Shown here: positions 12,713-26,234 of the stretch, piece by piece
Numbering within the stretch: position 1 is the first letter of the stretch
Layout: each line of letters begins with the position of its first letter
Assembly: GCA_964016885.1 (NCBI GenBank)
Contig: OZ024743.1
Coordinates: 36,146,001-36,210,000 of the forward strand
DNA length: 64,000 bases
Origin: Eledone cirrhosa
Lineage: Eukaryota
Direction of reading: 5' to 3'
Notes under the pieces: model-generated
Database searches by the model: none
What the model was told of the DNA's origin: nothing
The model's input: only the letters and a program-made list of their open reading frames with translations
Made by a program: the position numbers and the translations under genes

Positions 12713-14679
12713 TGTCAGTGGTCATTGTTATTATCATTAGAACGTGAAGGGTTAACTGAATCGTTAGGGGTTCGGACAAAATGCTTTGTTGCATTTAGTT
12801 AATGCCCTTCACGCTTTGAGTTCAAATCCTACCCAGGTCAACTTTGCTGTTCATCCTTCTGGGGTCGATAAAATAAAGTAATAATCATATACTGTGGGTG
12901 ATATAAACAACCTCCCCCTTCCTCTAAATGTGCTGGCTTTGTGCTTATAAAGCAATGTTAACCAATAAAGTAAGCCCATAGCATTGCCGCTGCTGTTGTT
13001 GTTATTGTTGTTGTTAATGTTTCTGTTATTCTGCATTAAAACCCTTCTGGGGACCTCACATCCATCTAAGGAAGATGTGGTCAGGTTGGTATGAAAAGGG
13101 TGAAATAGTATTTCTGCTTGTCCCGACATTCATGTGTTCAGCTGTTACGCTTCTAACAACTTAACCATGGATGGCAATCAAAGACATAATCGGAATCCTT
13201 TAGCAGAATGAAGAAAGTCGACGTGTTCCGCTTTCAACAGATTTGACTATGGAACAACATCGAAGACATAATCGATGTTGAACAGGTTTGAGTGTTACGG
13301 TTTAAATCTTTTGAAACCATATCGCCTAAAACCGCCCCTGGTTCTAAGATAACTATGTCGTGTTGTGGCCCTAGAGTCCTTGCTTTTCCCTCCCTTTCTT
13401 CTCATTTATGGCTTATATCGCCCTTTCCTCTACTTTTCCATACAGCCAGATCTGCTTTTCTTTAACCCTTTCTCATTTTCTCATTACTTAATTTTACTTT
13501 TATCTTATTTTTCCATATTTATGTAATCTTCAATGGTTTTTAAGCCAACTTTGTAAATATTTGTAACGTTATTTATATAACTGTGAATAATAAAATCTTT
13601 GCACTTTGTAATTACTCAAAATATGATGGGACGGTAACATGAGATTAATAAGAGGGAGTTAGTTATTATTTTAAGTCCCTCAAAATTCTTGATTATTTAA
13701 AAGAATATTTGAAAATCACACACACACTGCATTTCATTGGAAATATGGTAAAGAAATGGCTAAAGAAACTTAACTCTTCAATAAAACGAATGGTATAATC
13801 GATTTTTAGCATAACGAAGCAAATATATCGCTTTAAACTTCCATAACTAGAAAACGAAATCGTAAGCAACATTGAAACATTTAACATAGTGAAGCAAATC
13901 CGAGTGTTGCCCTTTAAACAGCATAGAACAAGTTGAAATGTTGCACTTCAAACAACATTAACTATGGAACGAAATTGAAGACAAAATCTTAATAAAGTAA
14001 GTTTGAATATTTCATTTTAAACAACCTTAACTATAGAACAAAATCGAAGATATACTCGAAATCTTTATCATAATGAAACAATGTTATGAAGATCAATAAA
14101 TGTATGTATGTATGAACCCATAACTCCTGATGGAGTTGTAAAGCCACCATGGTGACAGACGGTGTGTCTTGGACAATTTAAACTGAGCAGAGCTCATCCC
14201 CTCTCCAGGTCTGAATAAAGCCGATTTCTTCCTGAGAAGGAACGAGTGATAAAGAAGAAGAAATATAGAGAAAATATCGCCCCCAGAACTGGTAATTTTT
14301 ATCGATCTCAAAAGGATAAAAAGCAAAGCTGATCTGGATGGGTTATGAATTCAGAGCTCAGAGAGCCGGGTCGAAAACCGCAAAGCAGTCTATCCAACGT
14401 TCTAACGACTCTGTCAATACGCTGCACATATAAATTTATGTATCAAAATAGAAATAAATAAATTTAGAAAATGTGGAATTTCCACATTTTCTAAATTTAT
14501 ATATTAGTACCAGAATAATTATTTTTCTTGGTGGATCAATTACGTTTTTCATCCTCGATTTGTTGGGGCAGATTATAGGTTTAATAAACCGACACAAATA
14601 TGCATACTTGTGTGGATTTATTAAAACTATAATCTACCCCAACAAATTTGTGGCTCTGACACCATTTAAGAAATAATTA

Positions 14680-14810
14680 TTGGCAGTAACGGTAGAGGGT
14701 CATACACCATGCATTGCGGCAAGGAGTTACGTCCCTTTACGGTCTGAGTTCAAATCCCGCCGGGGTTAACTTTGCCTTTCATCCTTACGGGGTCGATAAA
14801 ATAAAGTACT
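14680..14810 (+). mobile_element. Meta/MESC-type SINE, 3'-truncated
   Basis: A/B boxes and core present. Confidence 0.8.
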
Positions 14811-14892
14811 TGTTTTATAGCTCCGGCTAAAGACACACACACACACACACACACACATCACATTCGCAATTATTTATAAGTATATGTATATA

Positions 14893-14956
<64 letters not shown>

Positions 14957-15508
14957 CGCATATAAATGATTACGGATGTGTGTAAACCGCCCTCCAATAA
15001 CAAAAAAAAAATATATATATAGTTTCATGGAAATAAGCTTAAATTAGCAATATATCAATGAATGAGCTGTTGTGATGATAGTGATTATTGCTGCAGACGC
15101 TGATGTTGCTGTTTAACACTAGGTGATCCCTGGTGAGGAAGACCTATGATTAAACACATCCCGGCTGTAGTCATCTAGTCTTTTATACAAACATGACGCA
15201 TTTTCGACTACTTTATCCGGTGTGTCGTTTTTTTAAAAACACTAAGGTGTGATTCGGGGAAGGGTGATTTAGCTACTATTTCTAGTAAGATGGGCGATCG
15301 CATAGAGGCGCTCCTGGCTTCGGGTTACTTTTCATGATGTAGACGATGATGATAATGCTTTTTTAAACGTCAAGTTGTAATCGTTTTTGTTGTTGTTGGT
15401 ATTAGTATGCAAGTTTACTGGGCGGAGGGTGTATTTGAATCAGCAAATTTATTAAAGTACCAGTAATGCACTAAGATATTTGGTGGCCTTGAGTCAAAAG
15501 TAGAAACA

Positions 15509-15549
<41 letters not shown>

Positions 15550-15810
15550 GTACCAGTAATGTGCTGTGTAATTGCTCGTCTTGTGCCAAAAGTAGAGACA
15601 ATTATTATGATTATTATTATTTTAATGATTCAAAACCCGCCGAGGTTAACTTTGCCTTTCATCCTTAAGGGGTCGATAAAATAAAGTACCAGTAATACAC
15701 TGGCATATTTGGTGGCCTTGTGCCAAAAGTAGAAACTATTATTATTTTAATGATTTTTATTTGTAGTAGTGGTAGTTTTAACAGTAGAAATAGTAGCAAC
15801 AGCAGCTGTA

Positions 15811-15888
<78 letters not shown>

Positions 15889-16050
15889 ATATATATATAT
15901 TTAACGAAGGAGTTGTGGTAAGGAACCAGATGGACCATAACGCACCAGAGTACTCAATACTGCGATCATACTTTTTCCTATATATATGTTTATGTATGTA
16001 TGTATGTACCCGTATGGATTTGTATGAATATATATATGCGTGTATATATA

Positions 16051-16130
<80 letters not shown>

Positions 16131-16259
16131 CACACACACACACACACACATACATATATATATATAAATTCAAATAAAATACAGAGTTATTAACTTATAT
16201 TGATACCCTGCAATTAAACAAGCTCAAAGTATAAATACTGAACATTATATAGTAATATA

Positions 16260-16450
16260 GGGCGGTGAATTGGCAGTATCGGTAGAGGGTCGGACGCCAT
16301 GCTTTGACGCATAGAGTTACGGCTCTTGCTATTCTGAGTTCAAATCCCGCCGAGGTTAACTTTGCCTTTCATCCTTACGGGGTCGATAAAATAAAGTACC
16401 AGTAATGCACTGGGAAATTGCTGGCCTTGTGCCAAAAAGTAGAAACAATT
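16260..16450 (+). mobile_element. Full-length Meta/MESC-type SINE with 15-bp TSD
   Basis: TTATATAGTAATATA at 16245-16259 and 16449-16463. Confidence 0.9.
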
Positions 16451-16499
16451 ATATAGTAATATATGTATAAATAAACACAGTAAATTTCGTGTTTAAAAT

Positions 16500-17100
16500 T
16501 CCTGTTTCTTCTACAACAACTACAACGGTAGGCGATGGGGCCCACCCACAGCCCCGGCGGACAGAATGGAGAAGGCGTTTACCGGAGGACGGCAAGGGAG
16601 ACGCGCTGGAAAAGCCACTCCAACTCGCGGGGCTCATACCTGCGGCTGGCCAGCTCAGCGCCTATGGTGGTGAGTAAGGAGGTAGCCTTGGGGCCGAGGA
16701 CACCAGAAGTCTCCACTGCCAGGAGTACGACGGCAACCCTGTCGAAGAGCGACTGGTATTTGAGGAGTTTAGCCTCCTCAGCCCGACGTGCAGCAGAACC
16801 TGGGTCAGTCGTAGACTGCACCAGGTTGCGGCTGCAGAAAGTGTCGGTGCAAGTGGCATCCCAGACGAAGGGTTTGCCACCGCGGAACGGGAAGATGGTC
16901 ATGCCATCTAGCCTGTTGCCATCCCCTCGATCCAGCCCCACCGGCTCGAGCTGGGAAGGGAAGCCTGCAGCGTCCAAGCCAAGCTTAATGACCTCGTTGA
17001 GGGCAGCATGGCGTGGAATGCGGCCGGCACTGTGGCGACAGGAAAGCGGGTGGAGGCCAAAAGAGTCCACGGTGGAACCGTAGCGACTAGTGGAGTGTGG
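16500..17100 (-). mobile_element. CRE-like (restriction-like endonuclease) retrotransposon 3' fragment; relatives at 35013-35190 (+) and ~60920-61185 (+)
   Basis: GLHPLSC..AGRIPRH, LEP.GLDRGDGNRLDG (RPDG-like), WDATC.DT, KY, LAVETSGVLG, LFQRVSLAVLR(GNA). Confidence 0.75.
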
Positions 17101-17603
17101 CGCTGTGGTTATTACAAAACGTCACACCTTATAGGGTATGTGTGTGTGTGTGTTGGACGGTCGTTGAAATAACTTACTCGTAAAATTAACGTAGAAGTGG
17201 CTGAGTATTTCTAAGAAACGTATGAACAATTAAAGTAGTTCTTAAGGATATTCGCTATAAAACTGGCAAAGATAGTCAATTAAATGACAGGAAAAATATA
17301 TTTATTTCAGCTGAGTGAACTACAAGGACATAGAATACCACAGGGAACCGAACAGCTTAACTGCTGAACATCGCGATTTTCACAAGATATCGTAGGATAT
17401 CACTAAACTGTAGAATATCACTAAACTGTAGGATATCACAAAACTGTATCGATAACAAGATATTACGATAGAGAAATAAGAAAATATTAATACATTTTTT
17501 CCTGCAACCATTCAGAAATATATGTATAAGTGTGTGTTTGTGTGGGGGTATGTATGTATGTTATATATAAAGATATGTATATATAAACATATATAAATAT
17601 ATG

Positions 17604-17665
<62 letters not shown>

Positions 17666-17667
<2 letters not shown>

Positions 17668-17831
17668 ATATAGAAAGGCTTCTACAGGACTAGAACTGTT
17701 TCATTCCGGAGAAATCATCAGGAATGAAACAGTTCTAGTCCTGTTCTAGTCTTTCTATATTAAATATTTATACTCTGCTTTGTATTGAGTACCTTACTTA
17801 CTGTGTTACCCCCGATTGAACCCGGGATAAA

Positions 17832-17832
<1 letters not shown>
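17666..17832 (+). mobile_element. Fold-back hammerhead element, family C
   Basis: Inverted arms around 17722; the tail ends at (TA)n. Confidence 0.7.
17680..17724 (-). ncRNA. Hammerhead ribozyme motif
   Basis: UUC CUGAUGA UUUC-UCCG-GAAU GAAA CAG-UUCUAGUC-CUG UA GAA. Confidence 0.75.
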
Positions 17833-17866
<34 letters not shown>

Positions 17867-17901
17867 GATTTGTGTATACTTATAGTTGCATACACACAGA
17901 C

Positions 17902-17946
<45 letters not shown>

Positions 17947-17954
17947 CATATGTA

Positions 17955-17990
<36 letters not shown>

Positions 17991-17997
17991 CATATAT

Positions 17998-18184
17998 AGG
18001 AAAAAGGTATGACCCCGACGGCAGAGCTCAAGCCGTTTCGACGGCTATTTCCAGAAATAGCCGTCGAAACGGCTTGAGCTCTGCCGTCGGGGTCATGCTT
18101 TTTCCTATTTCCCACTCTACTACCCTAAGTATTGAGTACTCTGGTGCGTTATGGTCCATCCGGTTCCTTACCACAATTCCTTTG

Positions 18185-18186
<2 letters not shown>
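17998..18186 (+). mobile_element. Fold-back pLTR element, family B
   Basis: Hairpin ~17996-18107 plus the tail shared with 7582-7668, 33480-33560 and 51821-51905. Confidence 0.75.
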
Positions 18187-18241
<55 letters not shown>

Positions 18242-18247
<6 letters not shown>

Positions 18248-18426
18248 CAAACATCACGGACGCTCTATCTCAAAATCATTTTTGAAAAGCATTAGAAATG
18301 CGCAACCGGTAAAACTTAAAACCAAAACTGAATACTAACCAATACTATTACTAATTCTCACTTATTCCTAATTAAACTATTTTTCACTGTGAACAATTTG
18401 TCAGCATTTTCTATTCCGTTTACCAA
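18242..18426 (+). mobile_element. Dispersed (TA)n-associated repeat; inverse copy at 34505-34690
   Basis: Near-identical reverse-complement match; both copies abut (TA)n. Confidence 0.6.
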
Positions 18427-18442
18427 TATATATATATACATA

Positions 18443-18493
<51 letters not shown>

Positions 18494-18610
18494 CTACTAA
18501 ATGTATCCACTTCTTTGTGGTGACATGACATAACTTGTAAGTTGAAGACGCCTAACACGGATAGTATAACGTATATATATACATACATACATACATACAT
18601 ACATATCTAT

Positions 18611-18865
18611 CTAAGGCGGGTAAAATTCCCGAGATCCATGGACGAGTTCTCTCCAGCGGTCTCTGTCCCTCATTATCGCTGCCATGTCCTGCGTCTCCAA
18701 CAGACCAGTGTCTGTCCTTAGGGCATCAACATACGTTAACCTCGGTCTTCCTCTTCTAGTGTGTCCATGTAGGGGCTCCCACAGGAGCACTGAGTGCAAT
18801 GTCAACTCTGGATGACGGTGAGCATGTCCAGCTAACCTTAGTCTCCTCTGTGTCACTTTTGAGCT

Positions 18866-18868
<3 letters not shown>
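18611..18868 (-). mobile_element. RTE-clade LINE 3' fragment
   Basis: RRLRLAGHAHRH..LLWEP.HG...RGRP..TYVD.LR.DTG..DRDRWR is a typical RTE ORF C-terminus. Confidence 0.85.
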
Positions 18869-18909
<41 letters not shown>

Positions 18910-18973
18910 CATTAACCTAATATATTCCTCCATATACTGTACCGATTGTGTTGTTATTTCTATTTGACCTTTT

Positions 18974-19026
<53 letters not shown>

Positions 19027-19356
19027 GTAAAAAAATGAGGAAGTTCCGTTTACATATCAAAAATATTTATTGCGTATCGCCCTGTTACGCGCGTTTCGAG
19101 GAGGATTGGCTCAAGGTGACCCATAGGAGTTATATACACTCTACCTGTGCATAGAGTGCTTGATTTGATACCAACACCAGTATTTCACCGTACTACCTAC
19201 ACTATATCACTATATATATATATATATACATATATATTTATATATATATATATATATATATCATCCTCATCATTGTCGTTTTAACGTACGCTTTCCCTGG
19301 TAGCAAATGTTATATGTGTGTGTGTATGTATGTGTGTGAATTGAATATACATGTAA

Positions 19357-19404
<48 letters not shown>

Positions 19405-19522
19405 GCAAACATGCTGATATATTCACATCGATATATGCATGCACATATACTATCGTCAGTTTATTTGATGCTTTTACTGGTTTCAATCGTTATCTGCAAC
19501 CAAATTGGGGCAACTAGAATCC

Positions 19523-19582
<60 letters not shown>

Positions 19583-19694
19583 CTTCCTCTTCCTCTAGGC
19601 GTGAACATAAAACAATATATCCGTAATTTTGCCTCCTGTGCTTTGTTTGATTCATTCATTAACTCCCTCTCTCTCCCACATTCTCTCTCTCCCT

Positions 19695-19730
<36 letters not shown>

Positions 19731-19900
19731 GTATTTAGAAATTGTTGTATTCTACAAACATATACAGATATACATGTATAAATATATAAATATACATATA
19801 CCTAAATAAATATACGTACTTGAATACATACTGTTTATATTGTATATATATATATTTTTAACTTGTGACTATTAAACATTTTTTGAAAAATCTCATATTT

Positions 19901-20110
19901 TATTTTGTTGCCTGTTATAGGTAAACATATTATGTCAACTATATTTTGTTGCCTGTTATAGGTAAACATATCATGTCAACTATATTTTGTTGCCTGTTAT
20001 AGGTAAACATATCATGTCAACTATATTTTGTTGCCTGTTATAGGTAAACATATTATGTCAACTATATTTTGTTGCCTGTTATAGGTAAACATATCATGTC
20101 AACTATATTT
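19901..20110. repeat. 41-bp minisatellite, 5 copies
   Basis: TATTTTGTTGCCTGTTATAGGTAAACATAT(T/C)ATGTCAACTA. Confidence 0.95.
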
Positions 20111-20906
20111 CACAGACTAAAGTAATAAAATGATGGAAAAGATAAAAAAAGATAAAATAAAATTAAGTAATGAAAAAAGCGAGAATGAGTAAAGAAGGGC
20201 AGATCTGGTTGTATAGGAAAGTAAAGGAAGGGACTATGCCATAAATGAGAAGAAACGGAGGGGAAGAGCTAGGACTATTATGCAACGGAATAAAGAGAGA
20301 GGGAAGAGGAGAGGGTAACAGACTATTCGAACAAAACTGCTAAGGCATTTTCGCGGACAATGGCCAGCGACACCCACTGCAACAGCCCCCCCCCCCCTCA
20401 CGGAGCTCCTTCCTCACACGGGCTGTTGACGTTCCGATTTTGCGGAGGAGATTGCCTGTCCGGAGTATCGGCTGTGAACGGTACAGAGAGGAAGCGGCCG
20501 GACAAGCCCGGTTTCTGTTTGTTTTCTTGTTCGCTGCCTTGCGGCTCGTAGTACCGGACTTTGTTGCCGAAGTGACGAATTGGGAGTCGGAGATCGTGTC
20601 ACAGAATGTCGCGTCCCAGATGAGGGATTTACCTCCCTCAAATGGGAAAAGGCTGCATCTAGACTCCTTCGTTCAAAGCGACATGACAAGGGAACCGACC
20701 GGCGCTCTGGTGGCATGACTGTGGGTACATGCCTAAGTCGTCAACGATTGGCATTTGTGTGGTTCACACACTTGGAGGTCGAGACGTTGGGCTACTTCGA
20801 TGCGAGTGCACCCGTCACAAAGAAGGGTACCAGTTGAGCCACCGCTGTTTGGCTGTGAAGCAGAGACATGCCTCACTCTCCTAAAGTAAAACATACATAC
20901 ATACAC

Positions 20907-20937
<31 letters not shown>

Positions 20938-20972
20938 CATACATACATACATACATACATACATACATGCAT

Positions 20973-21031
<59 letters not shown>

Positions 21032-21048
21032 ATTATTATAGAAATGGC

Positions 21049-21093
21049 TTCTACAGGTTTAGAACTGTTTCATTCGTAAGAAATCATCAGGAA
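21049..21093 (-). ncRNA. Hammerhead ribozyme motif (family C)
   Basis: UUC CUGAUGA UUUC-UUAC-GAAU GAAA CAG-UUCUAAAC-CUG UA GAA. Confidence 0.75.
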
Positions 21094-21211
21094 TGTATTA
21101 TATGCCTATTCTCTACTATATGTGCATATATATATACATACTTACACGTTACTAACGTATTAACTGCTTTTTTAATTGTGGTCATTTCCTGATATGCTTC
21201 GGGAATCCACC

Positions 21212-21255
<44 letters not shown>

Positions 21256-21329
21256 AATGTGTGTGTAAATGCATATACATACATATATGTATATATATAC
21301 ACACACATATATATATATATATAATATGC

Positions 21330-21362
<33 letters not shown>

Positions 21363-21469
21363 CGTGTGTGTGTTTGTGTGTTTGCGAATATGCTGTGATT
21401 CAACATGGACACCTCCATACATTGTTCTATCTATTTATCCATCTTTTTACACATACATATGCATCATTA

Positions 21470-21509
<40 letters not shown>

Positions 21510-21867
21510 ATGTATGTATTTACATATGTATGTATGTATGTATGTATGTGTATATATATATATATATTTACATATGTATGTGTGTATGTATGTGTGTTAT
21601 ATTCAAAACTGGAATGGGCTGTTGATGGATCATTTTTATTCAGGATTTTTTATTTCCTTATTAATTCTTTATTCCTATCTTGAAACAGTAACCTTCTTTA
21701 ATCCATGTGTGTATTAATTTTTCTAACCTTCACGGTTCCTCTTCAGAATCAGAATGATCATATTCGCGGCATATTGGTCAAGTATTTAGCAGTGTTCATA
21801 CAATATCATGCCCAAGAAACGCTGTGTGTCAATACAGAGCCCCTATGACTCTATCAGGAGTTACGTG

Positions 21868-21965
21868 ACCATACCATACCATACAATACCATATCACACC
21901 ATACCATACCATACCATACCATACAATACCATATCACACCATACCATACCATACCATACCATATC
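21868..21965. repeat. (ATACC)n pentanucleotide repeat
   Basis: Direct reading. Confidence 0.85.
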
Positions 21966-23766
21966 AAATGTGTAGTAATACATTTTGGGCGCCTGATTAA
22001 ATTTTTTCTATGATTGAAGCATGGCATGTATTATAATTGATTCCATTTATTTTGTGTCTGTATGTTAATTTTTAGTTTATATTCTGCTATTAGTAAGGTC
22101 TCTAGTTGTTCTCCATGGAGTGCGCGAAATTTCATTCAGAATTGTAATATTTTAAAAATAAACAATTTCTATCTAATATTTTTGTTGTTTATATAAATAT
22201 GCGACGATGTATCTCTCTTGAAAGTTCAGTTTTCGTCTACCTAATTTCACTCACATGTTTTGGTTCTTCTCGAAAATAGGTAAATGACACTTGCTCAAGA
22301 TACAATGTTGTTGGAATGAACCAGGAACCTTATGATTACGTAGCAAACTTTTTTAATATTTGGCCATACTGCAATCCACCCAAAGGTCAGACCATTGCAT
22401 TTCATTACTCTGGGAAATGCTATGGCCGGTAAACATTTCTTTAATAACGTCCATGGATGCTTTTTCCAGTCTGGACTATTGAAATCATACCTTCTTTATA
22501 TCAATGCCAACTTTGCTAAAATTTCCGGAAACGAAATTACGCAACGTGAATAAATACCGCCCAGTTTTCACTGTAACTGCGCGCCCGTCCCTTGAAAGAA
22601 ATATGGACTTATCGTATCAAGTTTTGCTACACATCACAACGCCGTTATATGTTAAAAGTGAAGAAAACACCCATGAGTTTCATATATGAATTGAGAATCC
22701 GATCATCAAAACACCCAAGAAACCTCCTCCTATGTGATGCAGCGTCGTAGTAGGAGGTCAGTCAAACCTGCATAAATGGGAGGTATAAAAGTCATTTTCC
22801 TATCAGTGATGAAAACTTATTTTAATCAAGGTGCAATGATATTAGCAGATTTGTAGACTTAAATATCTAGTGGAGTGTCATGTTTTGGCGCAAACAGACA
22901 ATGAAGTTTCATAGAAGGCTCATGATTATCCAATGTACAGCAAGTTCATATGCTTCCGATTAAGCTGGAGTTTTCTACACGTAAAATGTCCTATTTCCCC
23001 GAGGCACTCTTCTGTGAAGGTGGCCCACATTAATTTCCAAACGTAAATTTAGATACGTTTGAGTAAAAAACGTTCTACTGTTTCATAGTTATTGAAATAG
23101 CATTATGGCTGCTTTTCAACGCAACCGAACACGTGGCCATCGCAACACACCAAATTACATTTACCGCCATTTTAAAAGTGAAACTACGATATGTATGCAC
23201 ACACACACACACACATATATATATAGTTGAATAATAATAACAAAAAATATAGATGCAATAATACAAATTCTTATTAATTTCACGCTTGTTAGAAAAGTAA
23301 ACAACTAAATGTTTCAACTTATCGCACGCTAGTCTTTCAACAGGAAAGAGCAAAATTCGGAGAAAAAGGACGATGGAAGGTTGTAAAACAAAGCGAAAAG
23401 GGTATAATTCAAGAATTTGGTAAATACATATATGGCTTGGCATGGTCCCGTAACTCATAATGGAATTGTAGGGCACGGTAATGGCATACATCACTTCTAG
23501 AGAATTTAAAACCTGGCGGAGCCAAACACTCTCCAGGTTTGAACATAGCAGATTTCTTCCACAGTAGGATAGAAAGAGTGAGAGAAGAATTGAGAAAAAA
23601 GATATAAAGGAAGAATTGAACCCGGTAAAGACTGGTACTTTTTTATCGACTCCGAAAGGATGAAAGGCAAAGTTGATCTCAGCGGCAATACCGAATGAAT
23701 ACCGACATTCTATGCCTTACACACACACACATATGTATATATATATATATACGTACATAAAGTATA

Positions 23767-23817
<51 letters not shown>

Positions 23818-24032
23818 AAGTGAGATTTTTTTACAAAATGAAAAGAACCGAGGTGTCCTACACGAGTGAAAGTATAAGGAAAAATGATGAAATCGAAAAT
23901 GCAACTGGAGTCGTTTTTTTTTTTAAATATATTTTTATTTGGTTCCTTTAGCGGTTTCGTTCGCAGTTCTTCTGCTTTTCAAAAGTAGAGTTGAGATGGA
24001 GGGTCTGTGGTTTTTCTCACATCTGGTTTTCT

Positions 24033-24068
<36 letters not shown>

Positions 24069-24116
24069 CATACGCATATAAAGTATATTCATATAAATAT
24101 TATATTATTATATTGT

Positions 24117-24151
<35 letters not shown>

Positions 24152-24156
<5 letters not shown>

Positions 24157-24296
24157 AGATTCAGGACCCCGACGGCTGAGCTGTGGCCGTTTCGACAGAC
24201 ATTGTGGTCCTGAATCTTTTCATATTACCCACTGTACTACCCCAAGTATCTAGTACTCTGGTGAGGAATAGTCTAGCTGGTTTTTACCACATCCTA

Positions 24297-24301
<5 letters not shown>
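24152..24301 (+). mobile_element. Diverged family B fold-back element
   Basis: GAAAAGATTCAGGACC...GGTCCTGAATCTTTTC arms, followed by a family B-like tail. Confidence 0.6.
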
Positions 24302-24351
<50 letters not shown>

Positions 24352-24360
24352 CACATATAC

Positions 24361-24430
<70 letters not shown>

Positions 24431-24603
24431 GAAGAGAGAGAGGGAGAGAGACTCTGCGGTTAGACTACTAATCATCGGAGTATTCAATGCAAGGGGAGAT
24501 GCAGAGTAGGTATAGAGTTATAAAAGATTTGCTGAACACACAAGCCGAAACTGCTTGGCGCCGCGGTCGGGATTTTGCATATATCTCTCTCATTCTCTCT
24601 TTC

Positions 24604-24669
<66 letters not shown>

Positions 24670-24726
24670 GATGTGTGTGTCTGTACATATATTTATTTCC
24701 ACAGATAAATATAATATAATGTAAGA

Positions 24727-24802
<76 letters not shown>

Positions 24803-25127
24803 TTATACATATATCTATATTATATGCTATCTACACACCCATAAACATATATATATATAGATGCACATAGAGATATAATATATCTTTTTATATTTATAAT
24901 CAGATTCGGATTTCAGAAGGGAGACTCATTACCTCCTGCCTTCATCTAAACACACACATATACCCGTCCAAACTGGATTATGCACACATACATGAATCTG
25001 TACATGTGTATATGCGTTGTGTATACACATGTACAGATTCATACACACATACGCACACACACACTCAATTTCTTCCCGCTACCGTTTCACTATGTGTGTA
25101 TATATCTATCTATCTCTTTGTCTGTCG

Positions 25128-25167
<40 letters not shown>

Positions 25168-25199
25168 TTATGTATGTATGTATGTATGTAGTATGTATG

Positions 25200-25262
<63 letters not shown>

Positions 25263-25308
25263 GTCTATCTATCTATCTATCTATCTTTCTGTCTATCTAT
25301 CTATCTAT

Positions 25309-25664
25309 GGAAGAAGAATCAGGATGGAGAGAGAGGTGCTGTACCCCAGCAAGTTTTATGAAAGGTGGGTGAAAGTGGCGAGAATGGCCCGAGTGAATGG
25401 GCCTTCTCTCTATATCAGCCTGTAGGTTGAGGAAAAGGAGGAGGAGAGGAAAGGAGTACAAGCTCTTCGTACTCCTGGAGATGAGGGTTGCACATTTTTT
25501 TCGGGGGTCTGTGTTACCCATATAAACTGTCTCCCTCTATTGGGGAAAATCGACTAACTTTTAAATTCCATCTGTGATAACATTTTACACGTTTTTATTG
25601 TATGTAAACTTCCCCCTTTGTATTTGTCCCCTTCTTTTGTGCCCCTGTGGCTAATAAAGAAATA
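25309..25664 (+). mobile_element. 5'-truncated Tx1-family copy in (TCTA)n
   Basis: Matches the ORF2 end (31389-31505) and the 3'-terminal motif of the full-length element. Confidence 0.85.
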
Positions 25665-25701
25665 TATCTATCTTTCTGTCTATCTATCTTTCTGTCTATC
25701 T

Positions 25702-25975
25702 GAAAGTTGGGTGAATGTGGCAAAAGTGGCCCGAGTGAATGGGCCTTCTCTGTATATAAACCTGTCGAGGGAGATAAACAGACGGAAGACAGGAACATCT
25801 ACAAACGTGTTCCTGCAGTAACGTTCCCCCAACTGGGGATTTCAATTGTTATTTTATTATATATAAATATAGTTTATTGTTATTTATTAATGTTAAAGTT
25901 ATTTGTATGTAAAACCCTCGCCGTCACGTCTTGTAATGTCCCATGTTTGTACGCCCTGTGGCAAATAAAGAAAGA
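25702..25975 (+). mobile_element. Second 5'-truncated Tx1-family copy (different 3' UTR subfamily)
   Basis: Encodes WVNVAKVARVNGPSLYINL; ends CCCTGTGGCAAATAAAGAAAG. Confidence 0.8.
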
Positions 25976-26234
25976 TCTCTCTCTCTCTCTCTCTCTCTTT
26001 CTCTATCTATCTATCTATCTATCTAACTATCTTGATAGAGTAAGACACGCTTCGCATCGGCTCCGCTATTCCATCGGGATTTACCCTTACTATTGTAAGT
26101 ACCGGATAAAATTTTTAGTGCAACACATTTGGAACACTAACCCCTGTTATTTAGGGAAACATTTTTGCATTTACCCCCTTTTTAGGGGGTAAAATAAATA
26201 TCTATTTTTGCCGAAAAATTTCTTTCTTGGCAGC

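Noticed and set aside
22380-23480. Complex unique sequence that might be host exons or a decayed DNA transposon
   Set aside because: The frames I read are short or interrupted, with no recognisable motif; needs BLASTx
24895-24950. Degenerate hammerhead on the minus strand (UAGAUGA..GAAA); similar CAGAUGA near 34690
   Set aside because: The core deviates and stem I is unconvincing
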